Below the pieces are notes generated by a model. The model was not told where the DNA came from, did not search any database, and worked only from the letters and a program-made list of their open reading frames with translations. From Candidatus Krumholzibacteriota bacterium (lineage in GTDB: Bacteria > Krumholzibacteriota > Krumholzibacteriia > LZORAL124-64-63), in assembly GCA_024275485.1 (NCBI GenBank), contig JAJRZA010000033.1, positions 26,487-90,486 on the forward strand: a DNA stretch of 64,000 bases. The letters are read 5' to 3'. Made by a program: the position numbers and the translations under genes. Below, in pieces: positions 19,732 to 26,928 of the stretch (the stretch's first letter is position 1; every line of letters starts with the position of its first letter).

Positions 19732-20718
19732 TTGAAAGGTCGCGTACTTATCATCGATGACGAGGCTGAGATTCGCAGGAATCTGACCGTAGGCCTGACC
19801 CAGGAAGATTACTCTGTGGTTGCCTGCCCCGACGGGCTGAGCGCCATCCATGAATTGAATCAGGCCCAGCAAAAGGGCCTCGCCTTCGACTACATGATCA
19901 CCGACATCTTCATGCCCGATATTGATGGCCTGAAGATCCTCAAAGTGATCAAAAACCAGTACCCGGATCTGCCTGTGTTGGTGATCACCGGGTTTGGCGA
20001 TGAACGTCTCGAAGTCACTGCCCTTTCCGAACCGAACACCGGTTTTCTGGACAAACCTTTTGAGATCTCCGAGTTGGTCCAAGCCCTCGAGGAACTCTCA
20101 CCCGGACAAACCTCCACCAGCGTTCCCGCAGAAGCCGATGAAGAAGGCATGCGCGAGTCGGTCAGCGCCTACCTCACGGTTATGGTCACCGACCAGGAAA
20201 ACAGCCTTGATATTTACGATCGATTGTACCGGCTTGAAGGCATCGTCAGCTGCGATGCCGTGCGCGGCGATTTCGACATCATCCTGCTGGCCCGCGGAAA
20301 GACCATGGAGGAAGTGCAGGAGATTTTCCAGCGGGTGGCCGAATTTGATGGTCTCGAAGTGCTGTCCATGAGTCCGGTGGAACGACCCAAGCTGGACCGC
20401 GACGTGGATCAGTTCATCGAAAGTTACCAGAAAGCCGTGCGTAGCGAAGCCGGCAAGAAGGAACACACCAACCCCGGCACCATCAGCTACATCATCGTCG
20501 ATATCGACCCCGAGGCCATTCAGAAGATTTTCACCACCGTCTTCTTTGTGGACGAAGTGGTTTTCTGTGACGTGATCGACAAAGGCACCAAGCTCGTGGG
20601 CATGATAACCGGCTTTGGAGCCATGGGACGCACACCGCGGGTCATCGAGAAGCTCTCGCAGATCGACGGCGTTCTGCGTGTGAGAGAAGCCAAGGTGATC
20701 AAACTGATTGAAGACTGA
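19732..20718 (+). CDS. Response-regulator receiver domain fused to two Lrp/AsnC-type C-terminal (RAM-like) domains; no recognisable DNA-binding domain
   Basis: A TTG start lies behind GGAGG. The receiver domain reads VLIIDDE...DYMITDIFMPDIDG...LDKPF. Two segments resembling the Lrp C-terminal fold follow (VRGDFDIILLARGKTMEEV... and DEVVFCDVIDKGTKLVGMI...). Confidence 0.55.
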   Translation: MKGRVLIIDDEAEIRRNLTVGLTQEDYSVVACPDGLSAIHELNQAQQKGLAFDYMITDIFMPDIDGLKILKVIKNQYPDLPVLVITGFGDERLEVTALSEPNTGFLDKPFEISELVQALEELSPGQTSTSVPAEADEEGMRESVSAYLTVMVTDQENSLDIYDRLYRLEGIVSCDAVRGDFDIILLARGKTMEEVQEIFQRVAEFDGLEVLSMSPVERPKLDRDVDQFIESYQKAVRSEAGKKEHTNPGTISYIIVDIDPEAIQKIFTTVFFVDEVVFCDVIDKGTKLVGMITGFGAMGRTPRVIEKLSQIDGVLRVREAKVIKLIED

Positions 20719-20765
20719 CAGTCCCGCCTCCTGAAGCTGGGCAGGACAGGTCAGGTGCTCGTTAC

Positions 20766-20792
20766 GGTCGCCGACCACTGCATGGTCGGCGA
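20766..20792. promoter_or_regulatory. Perfect 10-bp inverted repeat (GTCGCCGACC-N7-GGTCGGCGAC) between the regulator gene and the nuoE-like gene
   Basis: The palindrome is seen directly and no U-tract follows it. It could be an operator or an RNA hairpin. Confidence 0.4.
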
Positions 20793-20821
20793 CTGGCAAA
20801 TGGTCCAGAAAGGAACATGGA

Positions 20822-21319
20822 ATGGTCACCCAGCAGGAGAACTTCAGCTATCGGCTTTGGCGATACGACGGTGCACCGGGAGAACTGATTCCCCTGCTGC
20901 AGTCCGCCCAGGATCACTTCGGTTACATTCCCCGTCGCGCCATCAGCTACACTTCCAGTGTCACCGGCATCCCCGAGTAGGAAATCTACGGGGTCATCAC
21001 TTTTTACAGCCAATTCCGATTGCGCCCCATGGGCAAATTCGTGATCCGCGCCTGCGCCGGCACCGCCTGCCATGTTTCCGGCGCCAAAATGATCACCGAG
21101 ACCATTGAAGACGAAATTGGCATCGGTGTGGGCGATACTTCAGAAGACGGTCTGTTCACCCTGCAGACAGTGGCCTGCATCGGGTGTTGTTCCCTGGCCC
21201 CGGTGGTCATGGTCAACGACGATACTCACGGCTCCCTGAACCCTGCATCCACGCGCAAACTGGTGCGCAAGGTGGCCAGGAAAGCCCGCAAATCCATCGA
21301 CACCAAGACCAAGAGCTAA
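20822..21319 (+). pseudogene. NuoE/HndA/HydC-like thioredoxin-fold [2Fe-2S] subunit interrupted by an in-frame TAG at 20978-20980
   Basis: Both sides of the TAG align to NuoE (...TSSVTGIPE*EIYGVITFYSQF, then CAGTACHVSG...CIGCCSLAPV with all four Cys). This could be a sequencing error, a disrupted gene or readthrough. Alternatively only the C-terminal part (about 21020..21319) is expressed. Confidence 0.5.
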
Positions 21320-21348
21320 GGGCCGGCCCCCTCATAGGAGCACCATCA

Positions 21349-23130
21349 ATGAAGAAAATAATCGTAGGCATGGGCACTTGCGGACTCTCGGCCGGAGCGC
21401 AAGCGGTGTACGACCGTTTGAGTGAGCTGGCCGACGAACATTCCGATCAATGCGAGCTGAGCATCACCGGCTGCATCGGCATGTGTTATCGCGAACCCCT
21501 GGTGGAAATCAACGACGGCAAGAGCCGAGTTATCTACGGCGGTGTCGACGCCAAAAGCGCCGAAGAAATCATCCAGCGTCATGTTTTGAATGATGAGCGC
21601 ATCGTCGACGAAAACTTTGTCTATTGCATTGAGGAAGACGCGTCCACCAATGGCGAAGAAGCCACCTACCTGGATTTGCAGGAACGAATCGTATTACGCA
21701 ATTGTGGTAATATCGATCCAGAAAGCATTAACGATTATATAGCGAGCGGTGGATATGAAGCTGCACGCAAAGTTCTTACCGAGATGACTCCTGAGGAGGT
21801 CGTTGGGGAAGTCAAAGATTCCGGACTGCGGGGCCGTGGAGGCGCGGGTTTTCCCACGGGGTTGAAATGGTCCTTCTGCGCCGGCTACAAGGGTGACAAG
21901 AAATATGTGGTCTGCAACGCCGATGAAGGCGATCCCGGAGCATTCATGGATCGCTCGGTGCTCGAAGGTGATCCCCACGCAGTGCTTGAAGGAATGATTA
22001 TCTGCGCCAAGGCCATTGGCGGCACCCATGGTTACATCTACTGCCGGGCCGAATATCCCTTGGCCATCAAGCGTCTTGAAATTGCTTTGGCCAGTGCCCG
22101 CGAGAAAGGTTTCCTGGGCAAAAACATCATGGATTCCGGTTTTGATTTCGACATGAAAATCAAGCAGGGTGCCGGCGCTTTTGTGTGCGGGGAGGAAACG
22201 GCCCTGTTCGCCTCCATTGAAGGCCAGCGCGGCATGCCCCGCATTCGCCCGCCGTTCCCCGCCGAAGCCGGCCTCTGGCAAAAGCCCACCAACAACAACA
22301 ATGTCGAGACCTTTGCCAACATTCCCTGGATCATTCGCAATGGTGCGGCCGCCTACTCGGCCTACGGCACCGAAAAAAGCAAGGGCACCAAGGTTTTCGC
22401 CCTGACCGGACGGGTGGTCAAAGGCGGCCTGGCCGAAGTACCCATGGGTACCACAATTGAAGACCTGGTATTCAAGATCGGGGGCGGAATCAAGGATGGC
22501 GGGACCTTCAAGGCGGTGCAGATGGGTGGCCCGAGCGGCGGTTGCATCCCCGCCGACCAGAAGAATATCAAGGTGGATTTTGAGACCATCCCCAAAACCG
22601 GCGCCATCATGGGATCCGGCGGCATGGTGGTCATGGATCAAACCACCTGCATGGTCGAGATCGCCAGATTCTTTCTGGATTTCACTCAGAGCGAGAGTTG
22701 CGGCAAGTGCGCCTTCTGCCGTATCGGCACCCTGCGCATGCTGGAAATCCTGGAGCGTCTGGTGCATGGTGAAGGCGTTCCCGAGGACATCGACAAGTTG
22801 AAAGAACTGTCGGTGCGCATCAAGGAAGCCAGCCTTTGCGGCCTGGGTCAGACTGCGCCCAATCCGGTGCAAACCACCTTGCGTTATTACCTGCACGAAT
22901 ACGAAGCCCACATCCGGGATCAGAAATGTCCCGCCGGCAGTTGCCAGGCCCTTGTGGATTTCATCATCGATGGGGAAAAATGCAACGGTTGCACGGTTTG
23001 CGCCAAGGCCTGCCCGGTGGATGCCATATTCGGAGTGAAAAAGGAAATCCACGTGATTGATACGGACGCGTGTGTGCAATGCGGCAAGTGCCTCACCAGT
23101 TGCAGCTTTGACGCGATTTTCACGCGGTAA
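21349..23130 (+). CDS. NuoF/HydB/HndC-like NADH-binding FMN subunit with extra N-terminal [2Fe-2S] and C-terminal 2x[4Fe-4S] ferredoxin domains
   Basis: The N-terminal Cys motif reads GTCGLSAG...GCIGMC. The NuoF core has GRGGAGFPTGLKW and CGKCAFCR. The C-terminus reads CNGCTVCAKACP...CVQCGKCLTSC. A ribosome-binding site TAGGAG is present. Confidence 0.85.
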   Translation: MKKIIVGMGTCGLSAGAQAVYDRLSELADEHSDQCELSITGCIGMCYREPLVEINDGKSRVIYGGVDAKSAEEIIQRHVLNDERIVDENFVYCIEEDASTNGEEATYLDLQERIVLRNCGNIDPESINDYIASGGYEAARKVLTEMTPEEVVGEVKDSGLRGRGGAGFPTGLKWSFCAGYKGDKKYVVCNADEGDPGAFMDRSVLEGDPHAVLEGMIICAKAIGGTHGYIYCRAEYPLAIKRLEIALASAREKGFLGKNIMDSGFDFDMKIKQGAGAFVCGEETALFASIEGQRGMPRIRPPFPAEAGLWQKPTNNNNVETFANIPWIIRNGAAAYSAYGTEKSKGTKVFALTGRVVKGGLAEVPMGTTIEDLVFKIGGGIKDGGTFKAVQMGGPSGGCIPADQKNIKVDFETIPKTGAIMGSGGMVVMDQTTCMVEIARFFLDFTQSESCGKCAFCRIGTLRMLEILERLVHGEGVPEDIDKLKELSVRIKEASLCGLGQTAPNPVQTTLRYYLHEYEAHIRDQKCPAGSCQALVDFIIDGEKCNGCTVCAKACPVDAIFGVKKEIHVIDTDACVQCGKCLTSCSFDAIFTR

Positions 23131-23166
23131 CGAGTTCCCAAACGAGCCAGTTCTTAGGAGCAGCCG

Positions 23167-26100
23167 ATGAGTACCATAAAAATGACAGTCAACGGGCGGG
23201 AAATCGAAACTTCCGGTGACAAAACCATCCTCGAAGTGGTTCATGACCAGGGTCTGGATACTATCCCGACCCTGTGCCACAGCCCGGAACTCAAACCCTA
23301 CGGATCCTGCTTCCTTTGTGTGGTCGAAGTGGAAGGGCGCCCCAATCTGGTGCCCTCCTGCGCCACCCGGGTGATGGATGGCATGAAGGTGGAAACGAAA
23401 AATCCGCGCATCAGAGCCAGCCGCAAAACCGCCCTGGAGCTGTTGCTATCCAACCACTACGCCGATTGCAGCAGCCCCTGCATGGAAGGCTGTCCCGCCC
23501 ACGTGGACGCCCAGGGCTACATCGCCCTGGCAGCCATGGGCGAAAACCTCAAGGCTGTCGAGTTGATCCGTGAAGCCAACCCCCTGCCTGCGGTTTGCGG
23601 GCGCATCTGCGTGCGCAAGTGCGAAGTGGTTTGCCGGAGGGAAGACGTCGATACCCCGGTGGCCATCAACAACATCAAACGTTATGTCACGGATATGGAA
23701 GACATCTATGACGCGGACCCGGTTTGCGATGCAGACACGGGAAAAAGCGTGGGCCTGGTCGGCTCGGGACCTGCCAGCCTCACCGCCGCCTGGTACCTGG
23801 GTCGCAAGGGCATCAAGGCCGTCATGTATGAAGCCCTCGACCTCACAGGGGGCATGCTGCGCTACGGCATCCCCGAATACCGACTGACCGATGAGGTGCT
23901 GGACAAGGAAATCGACTACATCCTGCGCACTGGTGCGGAAATCAAAACCGGAGTGCGAATTGGCACCGACATTTCTCTGGACGAATTGCGCAACAGGCAT
24001 GACGCAGTCTTTATCGGTGCCGGAGCCTGGACCGGCAAGAGCATGCGGGTCGAAGGCGAGCACACCACCGAAGGCGTGGTCACCGGTGCCGACTGGCTGC
24101 CCGAAATGGTCAACCATCCAGTACAGCTGCAAGGAAAGGTGGTGGTGGTGGTCGGTGGCGGCAACACCGCCATGGATTGCGCCCGCACCGCATGGCGCCT
24201 GGACGCGGCCAAGGTGATCGTGCTTTACCGTCGAACCAAGAACGAAATGCCCGCCGACAATATGGAGATCGAGGATTTGCTGGAAGAGGGGGTGGAGATA
24301 ATGGAGCTGATGGCCCCCATCGGCATCGTGAACGACAACGGCAAACTCCAGGCCATCCGTTGCCAGCGCATGGCCCTGGGCGAACCCGATGATTCCGGTC
24401 GCCGCCGCCCCGTGCCCCAGGAAGGCAGCGAATTCGACCTGCCCTGCGATCTTGCCCTGAGCGCCATTGGCCAGGACACCGTGCTTGACGGTCTTGTTGA
24501 AACGGAACTGGGCACCGTTGAATTAACGCGTTGGAATACTTACGCCGTCAATACCAATACCCTTGAAACCAACATCCCCGGCGTATTCGCCGGTGGTGAC
24601 GCCGTGGACGACGGCCCCACCGTGGTGATCGATGCCATCGGTGACGGCCAACGGGCAGCCAGATCCATGATCGCCTACATCACAGGCGGAGTAGTCGAGC
24701 GGGAACCCTTTGTGGTGAGGAAATCCTTCTGGGCCAAACCGGGCAAGAAGGAGCTGGGCGACATCCCCGAATCGCCCCGGCACGAATTGCACCTGTTGGA
24801 AGTCGATGACCGCCGGAGCAATTTCAGCGAAGTCGCCACCGGCTTTGAATTTGCCGACAAACAGCACGAAACCGCCCGTTGCCTGAGCTGCGGTTGCGTG
24901 CGCTTCGATGATTGCGCCCTGCGCCTCTACGGCCAGGAATACAACGTCGACATGGAGCGCTACAAGGGTTACATCCGCAAGCACAAGGTGGATGACCGCC
25001 ACCCGTATGTGAGTTACGACCCCAACAAATGCATTCTCTGTTCGCGTTGCATACGCACCTGTGAGAAGGTCCTGCCCATCAGCGCCCTCGGCCTCGTTGG
25101 CCGAGGCTTCAGAACCGAGATGCGGCCGGCCATGAACGACGCCCTGCAGGATACGAACTGCGTCAGCTGCGGCAACTGCATCGACGCCTGTCCCGTAGGT
25201 GCCCTGACCGCCCAGTATGCCTTCGATGGCCGGGCCTGCCTCGACACCCTGGATGTTAAAACCCACTGCGCGTTCTGCTCCATCGGTTGCACTTTGACCA
25301 TCCGCAAATTTGGAGAAAGCAGCTATTTTGCCACCAGCAGCGGCATTCCCGGCGACTACCTCTGCCGTTACGGACGCTTTGGTGCGGAGTTGCTCATCCA
25401 GAGCGACCGCATCGACAGCCCCATGATTCGTGAAGGCCATACCTACCGGGAAGTGGAACTGGGCGAAGCCACCGGGCGAATCGTCGATCGAATGAAAGAG
25501 GTGGCGGCCGAGCACGGTCCCGAAAGCGTGGCCGTATTTGCCAGCCCGGAACTGACCAACGAAGAACTCTACCTGGCCGGACGCCTGGCACGCGAAGGCC
25601 TGGGCACCAACAATGTGGGCTCCCTGGCCATCCTGTCCGGCGCTGGACGAAGCGGCGCCATGGACCCGGCTTTAGGCTTCACCGCCTCCACTGCTGACCG
25701 CAGCTGCCTGAAGGATGCCGACCTGATCATCTGCAACAACACAGCCATGGAATCGGATCACCTGGTTCTCAATGTGGATGTGATCGGCCCCGTGCGCGAT
25801 GGCGGCGCCAGGCTCATTGTCTCCAACAGTACACTGGATCCCGCCGATCAGCGCCTCAGCACCCTCGCGGTGGATCCCATGCGTGGCCGTGGTTCCTACT
25901 TCTGGAACGCCGTCCTGCAGGAAGTTCTCGAAAGCGACCACCTGGGCTGCGACGGCATTGCCGGTGCCGAGGAATTCCTGGACGGAAGAAACGTCTCGTT
26001 TGAACTGGCAGCAGCCAAGTCCGGTGTGGACGAAAAACATATTCATGAAGCGGCTGAACTTATACGGCAGGCCAATAACATTGTCATCGTGCATGGTATT

Positions 26101-26853
26101 GATCGTCCCCATGACGCTGCACCCGGCGACCTGGAAATCTTCACCAACCTGGCAATCCTGTTGAACCATCATGGCCGCAATGCGGAGATTCTGCTGCCTC
26201 GTCAGCTGGCCAACAGCGCCGGCCTGGAAATCATGGGAGCCGATCCCGCTTTCGACCTGGGCAAGGTTGCCGCCCCCAAGCTCCCCGGCGCCCTCAACAG
26301 TCAGCAACTCCGCTCCAACCTCGAGGGTGGTCACATCAGGGCCGCCCTGATCCTGGGCGAGAATCCCCTGGATTTCGATCGCACCGGCAGTTGGTTTCAG
26401 AACATTGAATTCTTGGCAGCCATGGATTGGACTGAAACCGAAACCACGCGTTTCGCCGATGTCACCTTGCCCGGGTCCACCTTCCTGGAGACCGCCGGCA
26501 GCCGATGCAATTTCGAAGGCCTGGTCACCGACTTCAGCGCCGCCGTTCAGCCTCCCAGTGGCCTCGGCGGAATTGAGGTTCTGGAAAAACTGACGAGCGA
26601 CTTTGGCCTGGAAGTCCCCGGGAACCTGTCCACCCATATCGACCGCCTCGTCGCCAAAAACCTCGGCGCCCTGAAACCCTTCTACTGGAATACGGGACAG
26701 GATCGCCTGCGTCCGGCCGAGGTTCAATTGATCCCGGTGGAGGTCGACGCCAAGGCCTCGTCCATGCGTCCGCCAATGACCCATAGCCAGAAATACCGCA
26801 AGGAAATCCGAGAGGTAGGCACCGAGCGGTTCCGTGTGCAGCACGGTCACTAA
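23167..26853 (+). CDS. 1228-aa fusion oxidoreductase with domain order NuoG-like [2Fe-2S], GltD-like FAD/NAD(P)H, [4Fe-4S] clusters, molybdopterin-oxidoreductase-like; SfrB+SfrA-like
   Basis: The N-terminal motif reads CHSPELKPYGSCFLC. GltD-like motifs follow (CGRICVRKCEVVC, VGLVGSGPASL, VVVVGGGNTAMDCA). Then come HxxxC/4Fe-4S motifs (CLSCGCVRFDDC, CILCSRCIRTCE, CVSCGNCIDACP), a Molybdop_Fe4S4-like CAFCSIGC...CRYGRFG and a molybdopterin-like C-terminal half. I see no [FeFe]-hydrogenase H-cluster motifs. Confidence 0.75.
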   Translation: MSTIKMTVNGREIETSGDKTILEVVHDQGLDTIPTLCHSPELKPYGSCFLCVVEVEGRPNLVPSCATRVMDGMKVETKNPRIRASRKTALELLLSNHYADCSSPCMEGCPAHVDAQGYIALAAMGENLKAVELIREANPLPAVCGRICVRKCEVVCRREDVDTPVAINNIKRYVTDMEDIYDADPVCDADTGKSVGLVGSGPASLTAAWYLGRKGIKAVMYEALDLTGGMLRYGIPEYRLTDEVLDKEIDYILRTGAEIKTGVRIGTDISLDELRNRHDAVFIGAGAWTGKSMRVEGEHTTEGVVTGADWLPEMVNHPVQLQGKVVVVVGGGNTAMDCARTAWRLDAAKVIVLYRRTKNEMPADNMEIEDLLEEGVEIMELMAPIGIVNDNGKLQAIRCQRMALGEPDDSGRRRPVPQEGSEFDLPCDLALSAIGQDTVLDGLVETELGTVELTRWNTYAVNTNTLETNIPGVFAGGDAVDDGPTVVIDAIGDGQRAARSMIAYITGGVVEREPFVVRKSFWAKPGKKELGDIPESPRHELHLLEVDDRRSNFSEVATGFEFADKQHETARCLSCGCVRFDDCALRLYGQEYNVDMERYKGYIRKHKVDDRHPYVSYDPNKCILCSRCIRTCEKVLPISALGLVGRGFRTEMRPAMNDALQDTNCVSCGNCIDACPVGALTAQYAFDGRACLDTLDVKTHCAFCSIGCTLTIRKFGESSYFATSSGIPGDYLCRYGRFGAELLIQSDRIDSPMIREGHTYREVELGEATGRIVDRMKEVAAEHGPESVAVFASPELTNEELYLAGRLAREGLGTNNVGSLAILSGAGRSGAMDPALGFTASTADRSCLKDADLIICNNTAMESDHLVLNVDVIGPVRDGGARLIVSNSTLDPADQRLSTLAVDPMRGRGSYFWNAVLQEVLESDHLGCDGIAGAEEFLDGRNVSFELAAAKSGVDEKHIHEAAELIRQANNIVIVHGIDRPHDAAPGDLEIFTNLAILLNHHGRNAEILLPRQLANSAGLEIMGADPAFDLGKVAAPKLPGALNSQQLRSNLEGGHIRAALILGENPLDFDRTGSWFQNIEFLAAMDWTETETTRFADVTLPGSTFLETAGSRCNFEGLVTDFSAAVQPPSGLGGIEVLEKLTSDFGLEVPGNLSTHIDRLVAKNLGALKPFYWNTGQDRLRPAEVQLIPVEVDAKASSMRPPMTHSQKYRKEIREVGTERFRVQHGH

Positions 26854-26928
26854 TCGCCTTGGCCGCAGCGGTTAATTCATTCCGGCTGGGACGGGGTATA
26901 CCGTCCCTTGCTGAAGGAGAATCCGTTC

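Noticed and set aside
20978-20980. The TAG in the nuoE-like gene might encode pyrrolysine
   Set aside because: Pyl is essentially restricted to methylamine methyltransferase contexts and needs pylTSBCD. I cannot see those genes here, and the aligned position in homologues is an ordinary residue. It is kept only as a remote possibility inside the amber-codon finding.
21694-23280. A 528-aa minus-strand ORF
   Set aside because: It is antisense to the NuoF-like gene, which has clear NuoF motifs on the plus strand. It is a shadow ORF.
24523-26850. Minus-strand ORFs of 330 and 392 aa
   Set aside because: They are antisense to the 1228-aa fusion gene. Their Gly/Ala-rich translations are typical of GC-rich antisense frames.
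23167-26853. The possibility that the 1228-aa fusion results from a frameshift or assembly error joining a GltD-like gene to a NuoG-like gene
   Set aside because: The GltD-like module is inserted between the N-terminal [2Fe-2S] domain and the [4Fe-4S] domains of the NuoG-like part. It is not simply appended, so a single frameshift cannot explain it. The reading frame is continuous across all junctions.
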